A stretch of 64,000 bases of DNA. It comes from a bacterium. Lineage in GTDB: Bacteria; Patescibacteriota; Doudnabacteria; UBA920. The stretch lies in contig JAKAGU010000002.1 of NCBI GenBank assembly GCA_021825655.1, forward strand, positions 13,129 through 77,128. The letters run 5' to 3'. Below, piece after piece: positions 43,931 through 52,759 of this stretch (positions are counted from its first letter, which is position 1; each line of letters begins with the position of its first letter). The notes below the pieces were generated by a model that saw only the letters and a program-made list of their open reading frames with translations, made no database searches and was not told where the DNA came from. Made by a program: the position numbers and the translations under genes.

Positions 43931-45601
43931 TTAGTCTTTAAGCGGAATTGAAAAATAAAAAGTGCTACCCAAATTTTCACCAGCGCTCTCGGCCCAAATC
44001 TTACCCCCGTGAGCCTCCACAATACCTTTGGAAACCACCAGGCCCAAGCCCGTGCCTTTGCGGCTAGAATCGTAAGATTTCAGCTGTTTAAACTTGGAGA
44101 ACAGCTGCGGCAAATCATCGCGAGAAATGCCCACGCCCGTATCCTTGATGGCAACTATCATCTGCTTGTGCTCCATATCCGCACTCACATTGACTTCTAT
44201 CCTGCCCGCATCCGTATATTTGATAGAATTGCTAATAAGGTTGCCCATAACCTGGCCAATGCGTACCTTGTCAAAATGCATACGGTAACTGTCGGGGCTG
44301 GTCAACCCGATTTCCAAATGCTTCATTTCCGCTTGGGACTGGAAGGTTTTAATCTGCTCCTTAATTACGGCAATCAGGTCATATTCCTGGACATTCAGCT
44401 CGAATTTGCCGGCTTCGATCTTGGCCACATCCAGCAAGTCATTGACCAATTCCAGCATGTTATTGGACGCGTGTTCTATGGTAATAACCGTGTCCTTAAT
44501 CTTGTCCGGCTCTGCGGCGGCCTGGGCCGCAGACAGGTTTCTGAGCAGCGACTCCGAAGACCAGCGCACCGCCGTCAGCGGGGCCCTGAGTTCGTGGACC
44601 ATCATGGCCGTAAATTCCTGGCGCAATTTTTCCAAAGCCTTTTCCGTGGTAATGTCATGCAGCACCACGGCCGCGCCGATCTTTTCGCCGGCATCGTTTT
44701 TAACGGGCGTAACCGTCACTTCCAAAGCCTTATCCCTTAAGACCACGTCCGGCACAAAAACCGGCTTGTCCTCAGCCAAAGCCTGATCAATTTTAGTGCG
44801 TAAATCCACCTTGCCCGCTAAGGCATCGACAATATCAAAAGAAGTCAATATCTTTTCACCGACAATCTCCAAAATGGTCTTTACCGCCGGGTTGGACAGA
44901 ATCAGCCGGTGCTGCAAATCCACGGTAAACACGCCGTCGGTTAATGCATACAGAATACCCGAGAGCTTGCCTTTTTCGCTTTCCAACAAAGCCTGGAGTT
45001 TAGATACGGCCGTGGCCGCCTGATTGGTAATATTATAAAGGATAGTGGTTTGGTCTTCACCGTACTGATTCACTTCCCGGGAGGCCACGTTAATAATACC
45101 AATAAGCTTGCCCGTAATTACCACAGGCAGGTTAAAGTATGAACCGATACGAAAGCCGGAATTGTCGTCTAAAATATTCCCGGTAATGCTTTCGTCTATT
45201 TTTTTCGGCTTAACCTCCTGGTCTTCGATAACCGAGTAAGCCAAAAAGATTTTTTCCTTTACCGCTTCAACAAAGGCATGGCTCACGGAATTCTCCACGT
45301 GGCACTTAAATACCGCCTTTCCCCCCTCTTCCATCATCATGTAGGAAACCGTATCATAGGCAAGGAGGTTGCCCAGGCTGCTGGTAATAATTTCTACGAT
45401 CTTATTGGTGTCCAGGGAATAGCCGATGCGTTCATTAATTTCCTGGAAAACCTGAGCCTGGTAAACCTTTTGTTGCAACTCTAAAGACTGGTCGGCGCGG
45501 CTCTTTAAAAAAGAACGCTCGCGCATGGACGAGATAATATATACAGTCACCACGATTGCCAGAAAGGCAAAGTCTACGATTAACAGGATGTTAACGATCA
45601 T
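43931..45601 (-). CDS. Sensor histidine kinase with N-terminal TM, GAF-like and PAS-like modules
   Basis: H-box MVHELRAPLTAV, N-box ISNSIKYT and G-boxes IKDTGVGI / GTGLGLVVSKGIVEAHGG. Confidence 0.85.
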   Translation of the reverse strand: MIVNILLIVDFAFLAIVVTVYIISSMRERSFLKSRADQSLELQQKVYQAQVFQEINERIGYSLDTNKIVEIITSSLGNLLAYDTVSYMMMEEGGKAVFKCHVENSVSHAFVEAVKEKIFLAYSVIEDQEVKPKKIDESITGNILDDNSGFRIGSYFNLPVVITGKLIGIINVASREVNQYGEDQTTILYNITNQAATAVSKLQALLESEKGKLSGILYALTDGVFTVDLQHRLILSNPAVKTILEIVGEKILTSFDIVDALAGKVDLRTKIDQALAEDKPVFVPDVVLRDKALEVTVTPVKNDAGEKIGAAVVLHDITTEKALEKLRQEFTAMMVHELRAPLTAVRWSSESLLRNLSAAQAAAEPDKIKDTVITIEHASNNMLELVNDLLDVAKIEAGKFELNVQEYDLIAVIKEQIKTFQSQAEMKHLEIGLTSPDSYRMHFDKVRIGQVMGNLISNSIKYTDAGRIEVNVSADMEHKQMIVAIKDTGVGISRDDLPQLFSKFKQLKSYDSSRKGTGLGLVVSKGIVEAHGGKIWAESAGENLGSTFYFSIPLKD

Positions 45602-45632
45602 CCGTTTTTTTGATTTGTCTTACTGAACTTAA

Positions 45633-45908
45633 TTATTCTTCCGCTATGTTTTTTACCGCCGGGTATTTTTCCAACAGCGTATCCAGGGTCATTTTGGCAA
45701 TCTGTCCGGACAGGGCCATGTATTCGTTGGCTACGCCCTTTAAAATCATCTGGGGATCACCGGCCATGGATAAAACCCTGCCGTCTTCGGCAACAGAAAG
45801 ACCGGCCACTTTTTTGGCCTTGTCCAGTGCGATTTTCGGACCTAAAACCAGCATCTGTTTCTGGATTAGGTCTGTCAGCATTTTTACATACTCTTCCTGC
45901 TCAGACAT
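45633..45908 (-). CDS. Hypothetical small protein (91 aa)
   Basis: Located between dinB and the histidine kinase. No motif recognised. Confidence 0.35.
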   Translation of the reverse strand: MSEQEEYVKMLTDLIQKQMLVLGPKIALDKAKKVAGLSVAEDGRVLSMAGDPQMILKGVANEYMALSGQIAKMTLDTLLEKYPAVKNIAEE

Positions 45909-45971
45909 TTGTTTCTTTAATGAATTATTTCCTTTTTATTATATCATAATTCGGACTTTTTTTAAAATTAA

Positions 45972-47234
45972 TTATACCAGGCCGATTTCCTTAATCCGGC
46001 CAAACCCTACCGAATCCTGAAAAGCCTCTTTGGCCTTGAGTACGGGTGCCCGGCAAACCGTAAATCCGCCGTATTTGCCGTTGATCTCATCCAAGGCCTG
46101 GGCCAGGCGGCGTTCCTTATCTTCCCGGCCGAACAAGTCGCCCTGCAGCCCGGCTTGCCCCAGCCCTCCAATGCTTACGCCAATCAGCTTGGCGCGAATC
46201 CCCGCCGCACCCAAACCGTCCAAAATCCTCCGGCTTTGGATAAAAATTTCGCGGCCCTCCCAAAGCGGGAAGCTAAAACGGGCTGACCTGCCCAGCCATT
46301 TGTCCTCCGCCGTATGGACATACACGGACAAAACCCGCCCGGACAACCATTTTTTCCGCAAGCGCCTGGCTACCATTTCCGACAGCTTATAAAGCACAGG
46401 GTCCAAATATTCCGGCGTGCGGTATTCTTTGGGCAAAGTGTACATGTGCCCGATGGATTTAGCCTCCAGGTCCTCTTTCACCTCTGGGCTGAAAGAACCC
46501 TCTAGTTGGCCCAAATTATACAAATGATAGCCGGGCAAACCAAACAGCGCCACCAGCCGGCTCCGTGGATACTGCCGCAGCGCGGACAGGGAGGTAATAC
46601 CCAAGGCGCGCAACCGCTTCTCGGTTCGGTAGCCAATACCCGGAATATCCAGCAGCTGCAGGGAATCATAAAGCTTCGGCTTGTCCTCCGGCCTGACTAT
46701 GGTCAGGCCGTCGGGTTTTTTCAGATCAGACGCAATCTTAGCCAACAGCTTATTTTGGGCAATTCCAATGCTGCAAGTCAGGTACTCGCCCATTAGTCGC
46801 CTCATTTTTTGTTTAATTTCCCCGGCCAGGCGCTCCGCTTCCGCAAAAGGCTCCACTGCAAAAGGCCGCCGGACATTGCATACCCTGGTCAGGTCCAAAA
46901 AAACTTCGTCAATGCTATAGCGCTCCACCCGGCCCGTGTATTCGGCCACAATTTTAACCAGCAGCCGATGGTAATGGCGATAACGCTCGGGGCTGGTCTG
47001 GGTCAGGATAATTTTAGGATATATTTTTTTCGCTTCCCACACCGGTGTTCCCGTTTTGATGCCCCATTGCTTTGCCTGGATGCTGGCTGCAATAATGATG
47101 CCGCCCAAATGCTCGCAAACTCCCACAGGCAAACCTCGCCACTCCGGATGGTCCTGCTGCTCCACGGAAGCAAAGTAACTGTTCATATCCAAATGTAATA
47201 TAACCGACTGCATGTTGGGTATACTTTCGTTCAC
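45972..47234 (-). CDS. dinB: DNA polymerase IV (Y-family translesion polymerase)
   Basis: ILHLDMNSYFASVEQ (catalytic DxD...F/Y), the SIDEVFLD motif and little-finger domain. The probable start is the internal MQSVIL (about 47213). Confidence 0.85.
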   Translation of the reverse strand: MNESIPNMQSVILHLDMNSYFASVEQQDHPEWRGLPVGVCEHLGGIIIAASIQAKQWGIKTGTPVWEAKKIYPKIILTQTSPERYRHYHRLLVKIVAEYTGRVERYSIDEVFLDLTRVCNVRRPFAVEPFAEAERLAGEIKQKMRRLMGEYLTCSIGIAQNKLLAKIASDLKKPDGLTIVRPEDKPKLYDSLQLLDIPGIGYRTEKRLRALGITSLSALRQYPRSRLVALFGLPGYHLYNLGQLEGSFSPEVKEDLEAKSIGHMYTLPKEYRTPEYLDPVLYKLSEMVARRLRKKWLSGRVLSVYVHTAEDKWLGRSARFSFPLWEGREIFIQSRRILDGLGAAGIRAKLIGVSIGGLGQAGLQGDLFGREDKERRLAQALDEINGKYGGFTVCRAPVLKAKEAFQDSVGFGRIKEIGLV

Positions 47235-47288
47235 CTTATATCCTTATAATAAAACCGCCTGGGGGCGGTTGTCAAACCCCATATAAGG

Positions 47289-47678
47289 TTAGTGGTGGCC
47301 GGAATGCGCCTGTTCGTGCCGGACGTGGATATGGCGTTTTTTGTGGAAAAAGAAAATGGCAAACATCATAAAAAAATATCCGGCCCAGAGCTGCCACCGG
47401 GCGAACATGCCCAAACCCAAGGCAAAAGCGGTAACCAGCAAGTCTAAAAGAGCATCCAAAACAAACCACAACACCAGCACCATAATGGCTTCCAAAAAAT
47501 TAATCACACCCAGCCTTCTAACCAGAGCTGCGGCAATGACCGCAATCAACAAAAAATATACGTAGTCCCCTACAGCGCCCAGGCCCGCAAACCAGGCAAA
47601 TTTAAAGTAGCCCAGCCTTAAAACCAGGAAAAAAAACCACTGGAAAAAAGTTAGCAGGATAAACCTGGTAAGGGTCAT
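47289..47678 (-). CDS. Hypothetical membrane protein with C-terminal His-rich tail
   Basis: 129 aa with 4 TM helices. Tail HIHVRHEQAHSGHH. ATGA overlap with the upstream gene. Confidence 0.4.
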   Translation of the reverse strand: MTLTRFILLTFFQWFFFLVLRLGYFKFAWFAGLGAVGDYVYFLLIAVIAAALVRRLGVINFLEAIMVLVLWFVLDALLDLLVTAFALGLGMFARWQLWAGYFFMMFAIFFFHKKRHIHVRHEQAHSGHH

Positions 47679-48163
47679 ACGCTTTTCTTCGGGGCGCGCT
47701 TTTTAACCACCCGCCGCTTAATAACTCTGGGCGTCCGGGGAGCCTTGGCCGCCGCCTTGCTCAGCTGGTCCAGCTCCCAAATTTCTTCCTGGATATTTTC
47801 GGACAACTCGTCGAGTTTTTGGCCCAAGTCTTCGCGCTTTAATTCCTGCCGGCGCAGGCCGGCCAGATGGCTGAGAAAACCGCCATGAATTTTAGATTCA
47901 TAAACTTTATCGTACCAGTACGAACCCACCCAAATGCCGTACCAAGCCCCCAGCATCAGCACCAAAATCAAAGTTAGATAGTCCCACGCCAAAAACTGCA
48001 GATAGTTCAAGCCCAAAAAACCCTCCGCTGCGTTAAAGTAAATGCCGGCCATGACAAAAAACACGACTACGCGATGCAATATCAAAAATAGCAGCATCCC
48101 CAGCAGGGCGCTTAAAAAAATATAGGTCGGCCTTCTCATACCGCTAAAATCTCCTTGAGACAT
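47675..48163 (-). CDS. Hypothetical membrane protein with C-terminal coiled coil and Lys/Arg-rich tail
   Basis: 162 aa. Three N-terminal TM helices, then LKREDLGQKLDELSENIQEEIWELDQL, then KRRVVKKRAPKK. Confidence 0.4.
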   Translation of the reverse strand: MSQGDFSGMRRPTYIFLSALLGMLLFLILHRVVVFFVMAGIYFNAAEGFLGLNYLQFLAWDYLTLILVLMLGAWYGIWVGSYWYDKVYESKIHGGFLSHLAGLRRQELKREDLGQKLDELSENIQEEIWELDQLSKAAAKAPRTPRVIKRRVVKKRAPKKSV

Positions 48164-48241
48164 ATTTTTGTTTTATTTCTAAAGAACTTTCTTTTTTTTA
48201 TTGTAGAACAGCGGAAGCAAAAATGCAAACCGGCAAACCCC

Positions 48242-49249
48242 CTACTTGACCCCCAGTATGCTTTTTTTATAGCTGTCGAGGTTATCCAGTGCCACCCCCG
48301 TGCCCCGGGCCACGCACAAAAGCGGCTCTTCGGCCACATAACAGGGCACGCCCACGCTATGGGCAATATAGTGGTCGAGGTTTTTGAGCAAAGCCGTACC
48401 GCCGGTTACAACCATGCCCTTATCGATAATGTCGCTAGCCAACTCCGGCGGCGTATCCTGCAATACCGTTTTAACCGCACGGACAATTTCTTGCAGTTCT
48501 TCGCTAATGGCTTCTACGATTTGGTTAGTGCTGACAGTCACGGGCTTGGGCAAACCGCTTATCATGTCCCGACCTTTCACTTCCATCTGCTCTTCCTCGT
48601 TAACCGCCACAGCACTGCCAATGGTAATTTTGATTTCTTCTGCGGTACGCTCGCCGATGGCCAGCCCGTGCTTGCGCCTGACGTAATCGATAATCGCCTG
48701 GTCCAGCTTGTTGCCTGCGGTACGCACTGAAGTCGCGTTTACAATCCCGCCCAAAGACAGGACAGCCACATCCGTGGTGCCACCGCCGATGTCAATCACG
48801 AGGTTGCCTCTGGCTTCCGCAATGGGAATCCCCGCGCCAATGGCCGCGGCCACGGTTTCTTTAATGACGAACGCTGTCTTGGCGCCGGCAGCCACAGCCG
48901 CATCCACCACTGCGCGCCGTTCCGTAGAGGTAATTCCGCCGGGAACAGACACCATCACTTCCGGCCGGAAAAACCTGACCTTGCCCAAAGCTTTGTTGAT
49001 GAAATACCGCAGCATGGCTTCGGTCACCCGATAATCGGCAATTACGCCGTCTTTCATGGGCCGGCTGGCCACAATTGTCTCCGGAGTGCGGCCCAACATT
49101 TCCTTAGCTTCCTGGCCCACCGCCAAAACCCGATTATCAGCCAAAGACACTGCCACTACCGTGGGCTCGTTGATAATAATGCCTTTTTTTGGCATAAAAA
49201 CCAAAGTGTTGGCTGTACCTAAATCTATGCCTATCTTGGTGTCAAACAT
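48242..49249 (-). CDS. mreB: Rod-shape-determining actin homologue MreB
   Basis: IGIDLGTANT phosphate-1, DIGGGTTD phosphate-2, adenosine motif. 335 aa. Confidence 0.9.
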   Translation of the reverse strand: MFDTKIGIDLGTANTLVFMPKKGIIINEPTVVAVSLADNRVLAVGQEAKEMLGRTPETIVASRPMKDGVIADYRVTEAMLRYFINKALGKVRFFRPEVMVSVPGGITSTERRAVVDAAVAAGAKTAFVIKETVAAAIGAGIPIAEARGNLVIDIGGGTTDVAVLSLGGIVNATSVRTAGNKLDQAIIDYVRRKHGLAIGERTAEEIKITIGSAVAVNEEEQMEVKGRDMISGLPKPVTVSTNQIVEAISEELQEIVRAVKTVLQDTPPELASDIIDKGMVVTGGTALLKNLDHYIAHSVGVPCYVAEEPLLCVARGTGVALDNLDSYKKSILGVK

Positions 49250-49343
49250 CTGAAAATCCCGTTATTTTTGCTGTCGTTAGTCTATTATATCAAGACTTGG
49301 CCATTTGAAACAAGCCTCTAAAATAGGCTATACTATAGGAAAT

Positions 49344-50636
49344 ATGACAAAAAAATCACGCTATTTGATTCTTGCCGCTTGCATTGTTTTTTTTATTTTG
49401 GCCGCGCCGGCTGTCTTGCTCTATGTCAGAGGCATTGCTTACGACCCGGCTACGGGTGACTTTTATAACACTGGTATTCTGGCCGTCAAATGCGATCCCA
49501 AAGATATAATGATAAAACTTGACGGTAAGCTTTACCAGACGGGAGCCGGCACCCTGCGCTTTCTCAAGCCCAGAGAGTACGAAGTCTCGCTTGAAAAGCC
49601 GGGCTACCTAACCTGGTCAAAACGCCTGTCCGTAGACGAAGGCCGGGTGACGTGGGCGAACCCGGCAGGGCAAAATATTATTCTCTTTTTTGACCAGGCA
49701 AAACAGCAAGTGCTCAGCGAAGCGGCTACCGCTTTTCTGGAAACTGGCGGCGAAATTTTCTACACCACCCCCCAAGAGCTGGTTACCACTTCCCTAAGCT
49801 CGCCCGACAAAACAGCCTCCTATCCCCTGCCCGCGCCTGCCGTGGATCTGTCTATGGTGCCCGGCGGGCAGACACTGGCTGTCAAAACTCAAGCTACCAG
49901 CACGCCTTGGCTGCTCTTTGACAGCTCACAGAATTTTTTTCTGCCGGCAAGTCAGTCGCTGGACGCAGGTGACCAGCTTAAATACCAAGATAACAACACC
50001 CTTTATGTTATCAAGCCTGCCGGATTGTTCGCGGTCAACCTGAAAACCGGCAAAAGCACGGCCGTGCTCGCGTATGTCAAGGATCTTTTATATGAAGGCG
50101 GTTATTATTACTACTTAGCGAGCACGAGCAGCGGCTTATCGCTGTATTCCACTCCTGCCCTGGACCAGCCGGGCACCCTGCTCACCGCGGACCTGCCCAC
50201 AGCCGAAACTACCCGCATAATTATAAACGCCCAAAAACAAGCTTACATTCTGCTGGACCATAGCTTGTACCTCATAGCCAGCCAGCCCACGCTCGTGGCT
50301 GAGGGCATAAAAAGCTTGAGACTCAACCCGGACAAGGACACTCTGGCTCTGGTCAATGATTCCGAATTTTTGCGGCTAAATTCCGGCTCCAGCCGGCCAG
50401 ACCTGGTCAGCCGCAGCTTATTTCCCATCACCAACGGCATAATCTTGCCCGATTACGGCAACGGCTTTTTGGTAAAAGACAAGCAAATTCTAGCAGAAGA
50501 GTTGGATGCCCGCGATCACCAGAATGAATTTGTATTATACTCGGGACTAAAAACCCCCAGCTTCACCATCAGTGATGACGCCAGAAAACTGGTGGTGCTC
50601 GACGGCAACCAGTTAAAAATCCTGACTATTCGCTGA
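49344..50636 (+). CDS. Membrane-anchored PEGA-domain protein with C-terminal beta-rich (propeller-like) region
   Basis: N-terminal TM and a PEGA-like segment (KCDPKDIMIKLDGKLYQTGAGTLRFLKPREYEVSLEKPGYLTWSKRLSVDEGRV). Start chosen at MTKKSRY, preceded by AGGAAAT. Confidence 0.5.
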   Translation: MTKKSRYLILAACIVFFILAAPAVLLYVRGIAYDPATGDFYNTGILAVKCDPKDIMIKLDGKLYQTGAGTLRFLKPREYEVSLEKPGYLTWSKRLSVDEGRVTWANPAGQNIILFFDQAKQQVLSEAATAFLETGGEIFYTTPQELVTTSLSSPDKTASYPLPAPAVDLSMVPGGQTLAVKTQATSTPWLLFDSSQNFFLPASQSLDAGDQLKYQDNNTLYVIKPAGLFAVNLKTGKSTAVLAYVKDLLYEGGYYYYLASTSSGLSLYSTPALDQPGTLLTADLPTAETTRIIINAQKQAYILLDHSLYLIASQPTLVAEGIKSLRLNPDKDTLALVNDSEFLRLNSGSSRPDLVSRSLFPITNGIILPDYGNGFLVKDKQILAEELDARDHQNEFVLYSGLKTPSFTISDDARKLVVLDGNQLKILTIR

Positions 50637-51042
50637 GCGGCTGAAGACTGTCAATCGCCTCATTGACCAACCGGTCAGCTGCCTTGTTTTTTTCCCTGGG
50701 CACGTGGCAATACGTAATTTTACGAAATTGGTTAGACAATGCCAAAACCTGCCTGGCCAGAACCTGCAAGCCAGGTTCTTTTATTTTGTACTGGCCCTGC
50801 ATCTGGCGCACTACCAGCTGCGAGTCCATGTTAATCAAAAGCTCCTTAAACCCCAAGGCCCCAGCTTCCTTTAAAGCCAAAAGCAAAGCTTTGTACTCAG
50901 CCACATTATTGGTCGCTTCGCCGATATAAGCCTTAAATTCGTAAAGAATTTTTCCATCCGGAGCGGTAAAAACAGCCCCGATCCCGGCTGGCCCGGGATT
51001 GCCTCTGGCTCCGCCGTCGGTATTGATAATCGCGCTATCCAT
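50626..51042 (-). CDS. rnhA: Ribonuclease HI
   Basis: INTDGGARGNPGPAGIG, E..A.L..L and D...N catalytic DEDD pattern. 138 aa. Confidence 0.85.
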   Translation of the reverse strand: MDSAIINTDGGARGNPGPAGIGAVFTAPDGKILYEFKAYIGEATNNVAEYKALLLALKEAGALGFKELLINMDSQLVVRQMQGQYKIKEPGLQVLARQVLALSNQFRKITYCHVPREKNKAADRLVNEAIDSLQPLSE

Positions 51043-52759
51043 TGAATTGCTGGTTAATTCTCATTTCAACGATTTTTAATTTCAGCCGCTGCCCGTTCCA
51101 CTCCTCCCGAAGCAGTTCGGCAGTTGCGTCTACAGTATCGCCAACTTTTAATTTTTTAGCAATGCCGGCAGCATTGAACATAATGCCGGGCACTTCGGTC
51201 TTACCCAAAAGCAATTTTGCTTGCATGTGCTGCCCCGCCGCGCCCACCAGCCTGAGGCTTAAAATTACCAGTCCTTTTATTAAAAATTGCGGTCTGGGGT
51301 TTGCGGTGCCGAATGGTTCAAAAAGTTCAATTTGTGCAGCCGTCTCAAGGTTTAAATCCGCTTCCCCAAGCTCCGCTTCCAGCCAGGCAACAGCCTCCGA
51401 AGCGTTTGCCTCCTGCCGGCCGGCTTCGGTTACCAAGACTTTATAAAACTCTTCCAAATTCCGGTTAGGCAGAGTCAACCCGGCCGCCTGCTTATGTCCG
51501 CCGAATTTGGACAAGAGGTGCGCCGCGGGTTTTAGGGCCGCAATTAAATCGAACTCCCCGGCCGTGCGCGCGGAGCCGGTCGACTCCTCCTCGCCTTGCT
51601 CCAAAACCAGCACCGGTTTATGAAATTCTTCCGCCAGTCGGCCCGCCACCAGACCGACAACGCCTTTAGGCCAACCGGGCTTGTAGAGCAACAAAATCGG
51701 CCGGTGGCTCTGCAGCAAGGCCTGCTCCCGCGTTTCGCCCAAAACCACCTGGGTTAAATTTTGCCGGCGCTGGTTGATTTCGTTTAAAGCCGCGGCTTTT
51801 TGCTGGGCCGCGACTGCATCGTCTTCCAAAAGCAGGTCCAATGCCACGCCCGCATGCTCCAGCCGGCCCGCAGCGTTGAGCCGCGGCGCGAGCACAAAAC
51901 CCAGAGTGTAAGTATCCGGGGCTTTTTGGGCAAAATCCAGCCCGGCGGCCGCAGAGAGCGCCCGCAGGCCGGGCCAGCGCGTTTTAGCCAAAACCTTCAG
52001 CCCATACTTCACAAGCACCCGATTTTCGCCCAGCAGGCTGTGGCAGTCGGCCACAGTGCCGATCGCCACTAAATCCAAGAGCCATTTCTCCCAGCCCGGA
52101 ACATAATCTTTGGCAAATTTTTTTGCCTTATCGTCCGACACTAACGCTTGGGCCAGCCTGAACGCCACGCCCACGCCGGTCAGTTCGCGGTAAGGATATT
52201 GGTCGTCGGAATTTTTAGGGTTGATTAGGGCCAGAGCGAAAGGCTTGTCGCCGATAATCTCATGGTGGTCGGTGATAATAAAATCCATGCCCAGTTTTTT
52301 GCACGAGTCAGCGGCATCGCAGGAGTTTGTCCCGCAGTCCACGGTAATTACCAGCCGGGTACCGGCCAAGGCCAGTTTTTCAATGGCCTGCAGGTTAACG
52401 CCGTAGCCTTCGGTAAACCGGTCGGGAATATAGCTGTCAGCCTCCGCGCCCAAATGCCGCAATGTGCGCAGCAGCACGGCAGAAGCCGTCACCGCGTCAG
52501 CGTCATAGTCGCCGTATACGGTTATTTTTTCTCTGGCTTCTATGGCCTGCCATATCCGCGCCACCGCCTTGGCCATATCCTGAAACAAAAAGGGACTGGT
52601 TTGTCCCTCGTATTCTGCCTGCAAAAACTGCCGGGCCTGCTCAGGCTCGGCCAGGCCGCGCCGGTAAAGCATTTGCCGGGTCAGCGGCTGGAGTTCTGCC
52701 AGCCGCTCCGAAACCGCCTCAGGTATGGTATCCCAAACTTTCCAAATTTTTTCCATCAT
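51035..52759 (-). CDS. recJ: Single-stranded-DNA-specific exonuclease RecJ
   Basis: DHH motifs (VYGDYDADAVT, ITDHH) and DHHA1 (GGGH.QAAG). Confidence 0.9.
   Translation of the reverse strand: MMEKIWKVWDTIPEAVSERLAELQPLTRQMLYRRGLAEPEQARQFLQAEYEGQTSPFLFQDMAKAVARIWQAIEAREKITVYGDYDADAVTASAVLLRTLRHLGAEADSYIPDRFTEGYGVNLQAIEKLALAGTRLVITVDCGTNSCDAADSCKKLGMDFIITDHHEIIGDKPFALALINPKNSDDQYPYRELTGVGVAFRLAQALVSDDKAKKFAKDYVPGWEKWLLDLVAIGTVADCHSLLGENRVLVKYGLKVLAKTRWPGLRALSAAAGLDFAQKAPDTYTLGFVLAPRLNAAGRLEHAGVALDLLLEDDAVAAQQKAAALNEINQRRQNLTQVVLGETREQALLQSHRPILLLYKPGWPKGVVGLVAGRLAEEFHKPVLVLEQGEEESTGSARTAGEFDLIAALKPAAHLLSKFGGHKQAAGLTLPNRNLEEFYKVLVTEAGRQEANASEAVAWLEAELGEADLNLETAAQIELFEPFGTANPRPQFLIKGLVILSLRLVGAAGQHMQAKLLLGKTEVPGIMFNAAGIAKKLKVGDTVDATAELLREEWNGQRLKLKIVEMRINQQFNG

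Noticed and set aside
44009-44786. Plus-strand ORFs of 243 and 126 aa
   Set aside because: Antisense to the GAF-PAS histidine kinase, which has complete H, N and G boxes.
48155-49253. Plus-strand ORFs 48155..48730, 48384..48686, 48708..49034 and 49056..49253
   Set aside because: Antisense or off-frame relative to mreB, which is conserved end-to-end.
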